A stretch of DNA of 64,000 nucleotides, from positions 5,465 to 69,464 of IMG/VR virus record IMGVR_UViG_3300033074_001364; one strand, given 5' to 3'. The notes beneath the pieces are model-generated. The model saw only the letters and a program-made list of their open reading frames with translations, did no database searches and was not told the DNA's origin. Shown here piece after piece: positions 56,112 to 64,000 of this stretch; position 1 is the first letter of the stretch, and each line of letters begins with the position of its first letter. This stretch comes from a virus (Duplodnaviria; Caudoviricetes). A program made the translations under genes and the position numbers.

Positions 56112-56230
56112 TCAGGACACAGCCAACTAAGGTGGCCGCTTCAGTAGAGGGTGCGATGCGCCTCAGCCTGCCCGGCTTCGTGGGCACATCGCGGAGAGAG
56201 GAGGTAGCCACGCTTCGGTGGTACGTCAGT

Positions 56231-56260
56231 AGTCTACCACAGTGTAGTGGTAGTAGTCAC
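56231..56260 (-). promoter_or_regulatory. Phage promoter motif GTGACT-N18-TAGACT
   Basis: Motif match ~120 nt upstream of the terminase. Confidence 0.78.
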
Positions 56261-56517
56261 GCTACTTCGGTGCGTTGTTCTAGCGTCGTGCGATACGAGA
56301 TACTGGCCTTCTGGATCAGCTGCGCACCGAATACCATTCCGTTGCCTTGGTCGCACGATAGCGCGAGGACGACGACGCGATCGTCCTCGTAGATCGGTAT
56401 GCCTACCGTCGTAACGCTGCCGGTCCATTCGCGTGCGACGCTGCGGTATACGTCAAGGTGCGCCCAACCTTCGTCTATGTGCATCCCGCTATCGGTCCAG
56501 TCGATGCGCTCCATCAC
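56257..56517 (-). CDS. Hypothetical protein (possibly OB/Sm-like small fold)
   Basis: ATGA-coupled ORF. Confidence 0.6.
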   Translation of the reverse strand: MMERIDWTDSGMHIDEGWAHLDVYRSVAREWTGSVTTVGIPIYEDDRVVVLALSCDQGNGMVFGAQLIQKASISYRTTLEQRTEVA

Positions 56518-57110
56518 GCCGCCTCGCTTTCGCTCGCGAGCGCTTCGAGGCGCTTGCGTTCGCGATACGCTTGCGAACGCAAGCGATTCGCCTCGCGATC
56601 CTCGGCAGCGATGACGGGGAAGCGCTCACGGAGCGAGGCGCGATACGCGCGTCCCCATTCGCGACGGCACGCCTTGCAGATGCGGCTACCGTTGGAGCGG
56701 ACGTAGGTATTGGCCTTGTTGAGGGGGTGCAGTCCTCGACGGCAGATGTTGGCTTTACGGGCTGGGACGAATCGGATGCTGGCCCCGTATCCAGCGTTGC
56801 CCCTGCGGGAGTCGCCAACGATCTCGTTGACGACGAAGTAGGAATTCACGCGGCGGGGTGCAGACTTGTACTTGGTGCGCTTGGCTGCGATTCGCTTCTG
56901 TTCGCGATCAGACTTGGCGACGTCCATGTTATTGAAGACGAAGGGGATGGGGACTTCGACAGTGGTGAAGATGTAGTCGCACCCCTTGCACTTGCGTGAG
57001 CGGATGCGATGGCCCTCGCTGTCGAGGCCAGCCTTGGCTACGCCTGTACGCAGGTCGCCACACTCAGGGCACTCGACCCCGAGCATCTTCGTCCCCTTTG
57101 CCATGCTCAT
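56514..57110 (-). CDS. NrdR-like zinc-ribbon protein with C-terminal Cys/His finger
   Basis: CPECG...RSRKCKGCDYIFTTVE; C...H...NTY...RICKAC. Confidence 0.7.
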   Translation of the reverse strand: MSMAKGTKMLGVECPECGDLRTGVAKAGLDSEGHRIRSRKCKGCDYIFTTVEVPIPFVFNNMDVAKSDREQKRIAAKRTKYKSAPRRVNSYFVVNEIVGDSRRGNAGYGASIRFVPARKANICRRGLHPLNKANTYVRSNGSRICKACRREWGRAYRASLRERFPVIAAEDREANRLRSQAYRERKRLEALASESEAA

Positions 57111-57451
57111 CGTCTAGCTCTCCTGCGTTCAAGGTAACGAGCACGACGGTCCTTCCACATCAGGCGATCACGAATGACGCGACAGGGATCGCTGCACACC
57201 GACTTGTTAGCGATGTCAGAGGTGAAGGCTGCGTCGCATACGACGCATTGACGCTGGAAGGTGGGCTTCGCGAAGATGATGCGGAAGCCATCCTGGTAGC
57301 TGCGATCAGGCGGGTTGGGATCGCAGCGGCGTTCGTCACTCCACCGAGCGTTGCAGAAAGGGCAGCGGGGACCGAACCTCTGCTCGAAAGTGCGGGGCTC
57401 CTGCGTCTGAATAGTCCCCATCAGGCCGCTGCCCGCACAGGAACGGTCCAC
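57107..57451 (-). CDS. Cys-rich hypothetical protein
   Basis: CPFC, CVVC...CSDPC. Confidence 0.5.
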   Translation of the reverse strand: MDRSCAGSGLMGTIQTQEPRTFEQRFGPRCPFCNARWSDERRCDPNPPDRSYQDGFRIIFAKPTFQRQCVVCDAAFTSDIANKSVCSDPCRVIRDRLMWKDRRARYLERRRARR

Positions 57452-57909
57452 CCGAGATTGGACCTGACTACGGCCTCGTCCATCTCTCGGTCGGAACCAT
57501 CGTTGAATTCAAGGAGCGCAGACGCGAAGCTCGATCGCGACGCGATCCCATTGGGTCGTACGAAGTGGAGTCGGTCGCGCAAGAAGATGACTCGATAAGC
57601 CGCACGCGACGCCTTCTGAAACATGCGAGTCTCAGTTCGGGACGGCAAGAGCAGCAGCCCGTGGTTGTGGTCGATCATCCGCTCCGTGAATGCCACGGCT
57701 GCCTTTCCATACGGAGGGTTGAGCCACACACGCCCGACCCAGGGCAACTTCTCGCCGTCCTGCCAGTAGAACCTCTTGGCCGGAATCCACGGGACAGGGG
57801 GGTTGGGAGAGGCTGGATCGAGTTCGAAGTCGAGGCACAACGCGTCAAAGAGCGAGAGTGGCGTGTACCACTCCACGCTTGCGCCGACTGGTAGCTCGTG
57901 AACGACCAT
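57421..57909 (-). CDS. Phage N6-adenine DNA methyltransferase
   Basis: EWYTP, LDPAS, WLNPPYG. Confidence 0.9.
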   Translation of the reverse strand: MVVHELPVGASVEWYTPLSLFDALCLDFELDPASPNPPVPWIPAKRFYWQDGEKLPWVGRVWLNPPYGKAAVAFTERMIDHNHGLLLLPSRTETRMFQKASRAAYRVIFLRDRLHFVRPNGIASRSSFASALLEFNDGSDREMDEAVVRSNLGWTVPVRAAA

Positions 57910-58227
57910 CTACGGCTGGATCTCGTTCATCTCGATCAACGTTTCGATGTCGATCCACTTGCCAGGCAGCACGGTGATGGGGGAGGTAAAGGGTTGATCT
58001 CGCAGCAATCGCAGATGCCCGTCACTGTCGTGGTAAATGCGGGTGCTGGTGACATCGACTCGATCCGTGGCGGTGAAGCGAAAGCGCAGGTAGATCGAGT
58101 TGGTCGTCGTCAGTTGCGCCTCTGCAAACTTGGCTTCGTGATGCACTGGGCCAGCCATGACGAACGCGCCCCACTCATCGGGGTCAATCACGAACGTCAA
58201 GCGCAGCATCAGATCGCTTAGCTTCAT
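57910..58227 (-). CDS. Hypothetical protein
   Basis: ATG 6 nt after a promoter -10 box. Confidence 0.6.
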   Translation of the reverse strand: MKLSDLMLRLTFVIDPDEWGAFVMAGPVHHEAKFAEAQLTTTNSIYLRFRFTATDRVDVTSTRIYHDSDGHLRLLRDQPFTSPITVLPGKWIDIETLIEMNEIQP

Positions 58228-58233
58228 TGCCGT

Positions 58234-58263
58234 AGTCTACTCGCCCGCTAGGCTAGTAGTCAC
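58234..58263 (-). promoter_or_regulatory. Phage promoter motif GTGACT-N18-TAGACT
   Basis: Motif match inside the 3' end of the upstream gene. Confidence 0.75.
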
Positions 58264-59007
58264 GCGGGACAAGCGCAGGAGGTCGGCGTGAGGCTCTCTG
58301 CCTTGGATACGATCGTAGGCGAGAAGCCAGGGATCGATGGCTGAGTAGCGGGGGATGGCGAGATGATGGGCCATCAACGCCCGCAGTTCCTCGACCGTAT
58401 TCGCGGCAGCAGCAGCCAGCGAGGACTCCGACACCATCGCGTTGAAGTACGCCTCAGCCGCTTCCTGCTGCGCGCGGAACTCCTGCATCGGATCCTCGGC
58501 CCGCGCCTTCGTGTCGCGCGTGAGCGCGTCGATGCCGAGTCGCTTCTGGATGTCGGTGTGGTCCTTGGCGAGGTTGCGCAACTCGCTGGTGAGCGCAGTG
58601 CGGTCCTTGACGTTGAGCGAGGCGCTGGCGAGGTCGCGCGTGATGACCCGTTGCTGGAGCTCCAAATCGAGGAGGGCGTTGAGTGCGGCCTCGTCGTTGG
58701 CGTCGTTCCAGGTGAACAGGTCGCGATAACGCTGTTCCTGTGAGGCACGGTAGGCGAGGTCCTGCTCGGTCAGCGTGCCCTTGATGCTATCGCCAGCGGC
58801 CCGACGGGCGAGCTCGCGCTCAGCCTTGTCGTAGGCCATCTGAAGAATGTCGTCCTCGTCAATCTCGCCGCTGAGGAGCTTCTCCTTGTTCTGTTGCATG
58901 ACTTCGTACATGCGCTTGTAGCCGCCGCTCTTGGGGCGATTGCCATGCTTGTCACGCTTGCCTAGCGCGAGATCGTCGCGCTTCTCTTGGTATTCGATGG
59001 GGTTCAT
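58237..59007 (-). CDS. Helical protein, possible terminase small subunit
   Basis: Helical, upstream of the packaging module; weak evidence. Confidence 0.4.
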   Translation of the reverse strand: MNPIEYQEKRDDLALGKRDKHGNRPKSGGYKRMYEVMQQNKEKLLSGEIDEDDILQMAYDKAERELARRAAGDSIKGTLTEQDLAYRASQEQRYRDLFTWNDANDEAALNALLDLELQQRVITRDLASASLNVKDRTALTSELRNLAKDHTDIQKRLGIDALTRDTKARAEDPMQEFRAQQEAAEAYFNAMVSESSLAAAAANTVEELRALMAHHLAIPRYSAIDPWLLAYDRIQGREPHADLLRLSRVTTSLAGE

Positions 59008-60418
59008 GCGATTAGTCCTAGCGGTATCTCAGCGTTTCGTTTGAGCTGTTGCTCGATGTAGTCAGGGTTGAGATCAATCAGGATGGCTCTGCGGGAGAGG
59101 GCGTTGGCAACCATGCCAGTGGTTCCTGAACCTCCGAAGGGATCGAGAACAACAGCTGGCACGGCTGATTCATCGTGATCGCAGGTGGACTGCCAGCCCA
59201 GAGTAGGTACCGCAGACGGCTTCCATGGAACGCTGCTGCCTAAATGGGTATCGGTGCGACTGCGCTCGCCGCCCACAGCTACCTTGCGCTCAACGTTGCC
59301 GCTACCGCGCCCCTCAATGGCAACAGGCTCACCCACAACACGTTCCCACGGCTTGCCACAGGATGGGCAGACCCCCCCGCAGAGGATCCAGCGAGGATGC
59401 ACTTCTCAGGCAACTCTGGCGGGAACACAGCGAAGTGGGCGCCAGGGTAAGGGCGAGTGGTGATCGTCCAGACCGACCGCATGTTGCGACCGCCAGATGA
59501 CTGCTCATCCTTCGTCATCAGATCCCACTTCTCGTTGAAGCCCTGATGCGGACGAGCGTGCCCACGTTGCTTCGCAGCGAAGTTCTCTAAGGTCTTGCGT
59601 GCACTCCGGTTGGGGTTGACGCCGTTGGCATAGTCCTTCTCGCCACCAGTCTGCTGGTCGAACGAGGGCTGATTGATACGCTGGATGCTGGATGGTGCCA
59701 GCGCCTCGCGCACCGCTTCTTGGTCGTAGAAGTAGTGCTGCGACTTGGAGAGCAGGAACAGGTACTCGTGGGCCTTGGTCGGTCGATCGGTGACAGACTC
59801 CGGCATGGGGTTCGGCTTCGACCAGATGATGTCGGAGCGCAGGTACCAGCCGTCCGCTTGGAGGGCGAATGCCACGCGCCACGGGATGCCTACGAGGTCC
59901 TTGGCCTTCAACGCCGCGGTGCGACGACCGTGCCCTGATTCAAACTCAGGTCGAGCGTGCTGATTGCTAGCAGAAATGGAGGTGGCGCGTTGATTCGCCA
60001 TGTAGCCGTTGTAGGAATCCCCAAGGTTCAGCCACACCGTTCCGGTTGGCTTCAACACCCGCTTCACCTCGCGAAATACCTCCACCATGTTGGCGACGTA
60101 TTCCTCGGGAGTGGCCTCTAGGCCCAGCTGCGCATCAACGCGAGTTGCGCCGCAATCGCAGTCGCCGCTGAACTGATCCGTAGAACCACGCTTGCTCAGT
60201 TGCTTCTCAGGGGCAGTCGAATTGGTACGACGTACCGATCCACGATGCTCGTGTTCAGGGTCCCCGCCTTCCCACTCAGCCGTACCGTAGTCGCGTAGGC
60301 CCCAGTACGGTGGCGACGTCACGACGCAATCGACGCTATCGCTCGCGAGCGTTTCGAGCACGCTGCGCGCGTCGCCTTGATGGATGTCAAGCCAATTGTC
60401 GGAGTACGCGAGCGTCAC
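59004..60418 (-). pseudogene. N4/N6 DNA methyltransferase split by a frameshift at a G7 tract
   Basis: VTSPPYW, LNLGDSY, AHFAVFP in one frame; VLDPFGGSGTT...IDLNPDY in another; junction at 59372-59378. Confidence 0.8.
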
Positions 60419-61761
60419 AGCTCCACCCAATCCGACGCCTCGCCTTCGTCTTCGCGATCGTACGGAGCGAACGCGACGCCTTCGAGATCGACTTCCTTGC
60501 CCTGACGCCTCGCTGTCGTATGCAGGTACACGGGCTGCTGCCACAGGTCCGCGAGCGCTACGAGGGCGCCCTCAGCCTGTACCAAGTCGAGGCGACGTCC
60601 GTCGTACCGATGCTCCAGCAGCAGTCCGCGTCGGTCCTTGTAGTCGAAGTCGGTGATCTCGATGCGTGGCGACCGGAAACCATCGAATCTCCGCACGAGA
60701 GCATCCCTGATGACTTCCCAGTCGCGGTGATCGCTGTCGGTGATCCACAACTTGCTGTCGTCATAGAAGCGGAAGGAGAACAGGTTGAGTTCTTCAACCA
60801 ACTCCTCGGTGAGGTTGTTGCGTACGAAGGACACGTCGTCATCGCTGGCAACGATGTCGAGGACGGCCATCCAGCCTTCTCGCTTCTCGACATCCTCGAA
60901 GATGGCGTGGCCCAGCCAGTAGGGGTTGATGTCGCCGTGGCCTGGTGACATGACGCCTGCGAGCATCGAGGAGTGGTCGAGCCACTCCGCATCACTGACG
61001 TCAAGCTTCTCCATGATCCGCCGCTGGACGAGCGCCGCGAAGCCTTCGTGCAGTACCTTGGTGCGGAGCGCCACGCGATCATGCACGGTGAGCTCGCGGT
61101 AGATTTCGAGGATGTCGCGCTGCCACTCCTCCAGCCCTTCCGCGTATCGCGCGATGAAGCCGTACAGGTCGCCGGTCGGCTGGAACTGCTTCTCTGGCTT
61201 GGTCGGCGGGGGAGCGTCGTAGAGGTCAGGATGCGGAGGCGGAGGCGGCTTGACTTCCTTGAATTCCTTGCCGGTGAAGACCTCGGAGGCGAACGGCCAC
61301 AGGGACAGCACCTTGTCGATGAACTGCTCGACAACGAGGTCGCCGTGCTCCTCCTCGTACCCCTCGATGCGCTCACGCCAGACGCGGACGGTTTCGAGTA
61401 GGTACGGGTTCTCGTGGTTGTGGTAAGCGTTCGCGCCGAAGACGTGGGTGTGCCCCATGACGTGCGCCGCCACCGACAGGTTCACGATGTCGTCGTTGGC
61501 GTCCAGCATCAGCGCCAGCCGCGGCTGCGTCGGCACCACCATCTCGTACAGCCTGATGTGGCCGGCGTCATGTCGAGCCTTGGTGATCCAGTAGTCGCGG
61601 CCATCGCTCCAGTGCGACCACATGCCTGGTAGGCCCGTCGTCATCTGGGAGTACATGATGTGGGCAGGGACGGGGAGGTAGCGCACGTCGCCTGGGTCTA
61701 GGCCGAGCTCGCGCGCGACTTCATGCGCAGCTGCGATGCGGGTGCGAAGCGATTCGTTCAC
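60415..61761 (-). CDS. SpoVR/YcgB family protein
   Basis: WSHWS.G, LYEMV, AHVMGHTHVF, TKVLHEGFA, NPYWLG, DDVSFVRNNLT. Confidence 0.85.
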   Translation of the reverse strand: MNESLRTRIAAAHEVARELGLDPGDVRYLPVPAHIMYSQMTTGLPGMWSHWSDGRDYWITKARHDAGHIRLYEMVVPTQPRLALMLDANDDIVNLSVAAHVMGHTHVFGANAYHNHENPYLLETVRVWRERIEGYEEEHGDLVVEQFIDKVLSLWPFASEVFTGKEFKEVKPPPPPHPDLYDAPPPTKPEKQFQPTGDLYGFIARYAEGLEEWQRDILEIYRELTVHDRVALRTKVLHEGFAALVQRRIMEKLDVSDAEWLDHSSMLAGVMSPGHGDINPYWLGHAIFEDVEKREGWMAVLDIVASDDDVSFVRNNLTEELVEELNLFSFRFYDDSKLWITDSDHRDWEVIRDALVRRFDGFRSPRIEITDFDYKDRRGLLLEHRYDGRRLDLVQAEGALVALADLWQQPVYLHTTARRQGKEVDLEGVAFAPYDREDEGEASDWVEL

Positions 61762-62108
61762 GATGCGCTGGACTCCAGGGCGGCACGAGCGGCGGGGTTG
61801 CAGGGCCAGGCAGCACATTCGTCGGCTGGGCCGAGGCTCGGATGCGTTTCGGAGTGGTACGTCTCCGCTGCCAGTTGCAACGCCTCCCTCAGTCGGTCGT
61901 TCTCATCGAGCAGCGCCGTAACGGCTTCGTTCCGACGATCCGCACCGCAGTTGCACTCGTCGGGGTCCTGTCTGTCATCACAGCAGGCTGATAGTGTCGG
62001 GTCGTCAGGGTCACGCGCTTTCGGACATGAGTACCAGCAGTCCCCGTCAACGATGAGATGAGGGTGGAGTGCGAGTTCACGCAGGCGTTTGAGGTCGGTC
62101 ATCGCCAC
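61758..62108 (-). CDS. Hypothetical protein
   Basis: Coupled, Cys-containing. Confidence 0.6.
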   Translation of the reverse strand: MAMTDLKRLRELALHPHLIVDGDCWYSCPKARDPDDPTLSACCDDRQDPDECNCGADRRNEAVTALLDENDRLREALQLAAETYHSETHPSLGPADECAAWPCNPAARAALESSAS

Positions 62109-62311
62109 TCACCGCGCTTCGACTTGCCGCGACCGAACACGCGGAGGCTGCGGCCCTTGCCGCTGACGTAGACCTCGATCTCCTGCCCGGCATCTGTTGT
62201 GATGCCAAGGACGAGAGCGTCCCGTGCGGGGTTCAGGTCTGAGAGCCGTGTCACCGTCATCGGTCCCCATCGGAAGCCATAACGGTCCGGCGACACCTCG
62301 TGCTCACTCAT
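62099..62311 (-). CDS. Hypothetical protein
   Basis: Coupled ORF. Confidence 0.6.
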   Translation of the reverse strand: MSEHEVSPDRYGFRWGPMTVTRLSDLNPARDALVLGITTDAGQEIEVYVSGKGRSLRVFGRGKSKRGEWR

Positions 62312-62613
62312 CTCGGGCCTCCGAGAGTTCGAGAGAGGACACCGTGAAGGGCGGCTGCTGTCTGCCGATCAGGCGGGACGGGGATGTCGTAGACGAAGTG
62401 GTCCTGTGAATCCCGCACCCGCCAGAGTTCCTGCAACGCTCGCTCGATCTGCTCCACCGTAGGCAGCGGTTGTGCTGGTGGGGTGGCTGTCAGTGCTGCG
62501 GCTTGCGCTTCACTGAGCTTTCGGTCGCAGTTCTCCAACGCGCTCGTGACGGTATCGACCAGCGATTGCGTCTCGGGGTCTGCCCACTTGTAAACCAAGT
62601 CCCAACGAGTCAT
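62308..62613 (-). CDS. Hypothetical protein
   Basis: Coupled ORF. Confidence 0.55.
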   Translation of the reverse strand: MTRWDLVYKWADPETQSLVDTVTSALENCDRKLSEAQAAALTATPPAQPLPTVEQIERALQELWRVRDSQDHFVYDIPVPPDRQTAAALHGVLSRTLGGPR

Positions 62614-62978
62614 GCCTTCGTCCCTTCAGCGGCGGGGGCTGCGCGGTTGTACTCGTCAGCGATTCGTTGAGCCCAATCGAGATAGCCGGGCCAACCAGAC
62701 AGCATTGGCACACGATCCGTGTTCATCACAGCCCTCGCTAGCCGCTCCACGTCCAGTGCTTCCCGTAGGTCTGGTCGAGGCTCGGGAGCGGCCTCACGTC
62801 CTTCGACGCAGGTGCAGTCGTCACCTTCCCGCCGGAACTGGCAATACGGATGGTGGAACGCCGGATCGGGGTGGGTGCGTGGTTCTGCTGGGAGAGGGGA
62901 GTCAGTCACGGGATGCCTCGATTCGTACGCGGTTGGCAGCTCGGTCGGAGGGTTCGATCCACGGCTGGCCGATGCCAT
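62610..62978 (-). CDS. Hypothetical protein (true start probably near 62909)
   Basis: Coupled ORF. Confidence 0.5.
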   Translation of the reverse strand: MASASRGSNPPTELPTAYESRHPVTDSPLPAEPRTHPDPAFHHPYCQFRREGDDCTCVEGREAAPEPRPDLREALDVERLARAVMNTDRVPMLSGWPGYLDWAQRIADEYNRAAPAAEGTKA

Positions 62979-63513
62979 CGAAGAAGTCCCGCTCAGTCGG
63001 GCACGGCCAGACCTGGCCGGATCGGTACAGGTAGCCGCCCTCGACGCGGCGCAGGTACTTCTGGCAGTCGGTGACGAGGCGGTGCGACCATTCAGCCGGT
63101 CCGGTGCGGATGGTGAAGATCACGCCCCACTGGTCGGGGTCGTGGACGATGAACAGGTCCACCGGCATGTCCTCGAACATGAGCGCCTTGTACGAGTCCC
63201 CGTCGCGGTGGCCGATCTCGACCGTCCCATCCTTGCGGTGAATCTCCACGTCGCGCAGCGGGAGCGCGCCGGAGGTTCGGAGGCTGGCCAGCGTTTCGGC
63301 CAGCATGTCGATCTCGACCGGCGTGCCCCAGATATCGCCACTCTCCATGTCCAGCCGCGGCATGGCCACGATCTCGATATCGCTGACGAGCGGTGCCCCA
63401 CGACGGATGGACCCGGCAATCTCGATCCGCTCACAGAACGGCGACAGCGTGGACACGAGCCGCTCCGCGTTCGCGCGGGCCGTCCCGATGCCGACCTTCT
63501 CGCCCTGGCTCAT
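62902..63513 (-). CDS. Minimal X-family DNA polymerase/nucleotidyltransferase
   Basis: AGSIRRG...SDIEIV, VDLF, IRTGPAEW, TERDFF...GQPWIEP. Confidence 0.85.
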   Translation of the reverse strand: MSQGEKVGIGTARANAERLVSTLSPFCERIEIAGSIRRGAPLVSDIEIVAMPRLDMESGDIWGTPVEIDMLAETLASLRTSGALPLRDVEIHRKDGTVEIGHRDGDSYKALMFEDMPVDLFIVHDPDQWGVIFTIRTGPAEWSHRLVTDCQKYLRRVEGGYLYRSGQVWPCPTERDFFDGIGQPWIEPSDRAANRVRIEASRD

Positions 63514-63605
63514 GGCGCGAATGCTCGGATGATCTGCACGATGGCCACAGTCAGCCAGGCGGTATGGAAGGCGAAGGCGAGGAAGGGGAGCCGGCGGAGG
63601 CTCAT
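63510..63605 (-). CDS. 31-aa hydrophobic peptide
   Basis: MSLRRLPFLAFAFHTAWLTVAIVQIIRAFAP; ATGA overlaps at both ends. Confidence 0.55.
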   Translation of the reverse strand: MSLRRLPFLAFAFHTAWLTVAIVQIIRAFAP

Positions 63606-63930
63606 GCGGCCAACTCAACGGCCAGCGAACCCCACTGATCGGCCATCGCATCGGCAATGCCCTGGAGGGTGCGGCTGCGGTTCTTCCAGCGATTCGGGCC
63701 GGGTGGCTCGTGGTGGACGCGCGGTGCTCGTCCGTCAACGATGTTCGTCGGCTCCAGCAGGGGCAGGTTCTTCAGCCACAGGCACGTCGCCTTCGTCTCG
63801 GGGTGTCCGAACATCCACGGTTGGATGATCTGATCCGGCTTGCGGATGCGCGAGCTGATGACGCTGATCGGGTTCTCCAGCGCGATCCTCGGGACGGGCG
63901 CATCGAGCAGTCGGCGCACGAACTCGCCTC
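63602..63930 (-). pseudogene. C-terminal remnant of a phage cytosine-methyltransferase-like gene
   Basis: EFVRRLLDAPVPRIALENP...QIIQPWMFGH.ETKATCLWLKNLP; upstream in-frame sequence does not resemble the N-terminal half. Confidence 0.55.
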
Positions 63931-64000
63931 CAGCCCAAGGGCCGCCCTGATCCAAGACAATGCCCGTCCGTCGTTGACTTGGGCCGGCGTGACGCGGATG

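Noticed and set aside
1-64000. Reverse-transcriptase systems, rRNA, host chromosome junction
   Set aside because: No RT motifs, rRNA signatures or housekeeping-gene block seen in the window

Overview
The whole window reads as part of a GC-rich, temperate, siphovirus-like tailed phage genome; both edges cut phage genes. Most genes are on the minus strand. In transcription order (right to left) they are: DNA-modification/accessory genes (PolX-like, SpoVR-like, two adenine/N4 methyltransferases), terminase, portal, protease/scaffold, capsid, head-tail genes with an embedded glycosyltransferase, and the major tail protein. A ~7.6-kb insert follows, holding an HNH, an M23 peptidase, 29 tRNAs covering all 20 amino acids interleaved with non-tRNA structured spacers, an SLH protein and a ~450-515 nt promoter-driven structured RNA. 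After it come the tail chaperones with a -1 frameshift, tape measure, tail proteins and a PhoD-family protein, a plus-strand membrane moron and candidate ncRNA, lysis genes and a plus-strand XRE repressor. The left part holds replication genes (initiator, DnaB), a five-enzyme sugar-modification cluster, a resolvase, ThyX, SbcD/SSB/Fic, a plus-strand serine integrase, a SLOG protein and SbcC. A promoter motif GTGACTACT-N15-TAnAnT recurs at 10 sites and often precedes apparently leaderless starts. The best novelty candidates are the RNA island inside the tail operon (large ornate-type RNA, CCA-ended mini tRNA-like RNAs, atypical tRNAs), a second candidate ncRNA, and the glycan-modification cluster. 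All assignments come from manual motif reading; no database searches or folding programs were run. The host is not determinable from the sequence; a high-GC Actinomycetota or Chloroflexota host is only an inference.
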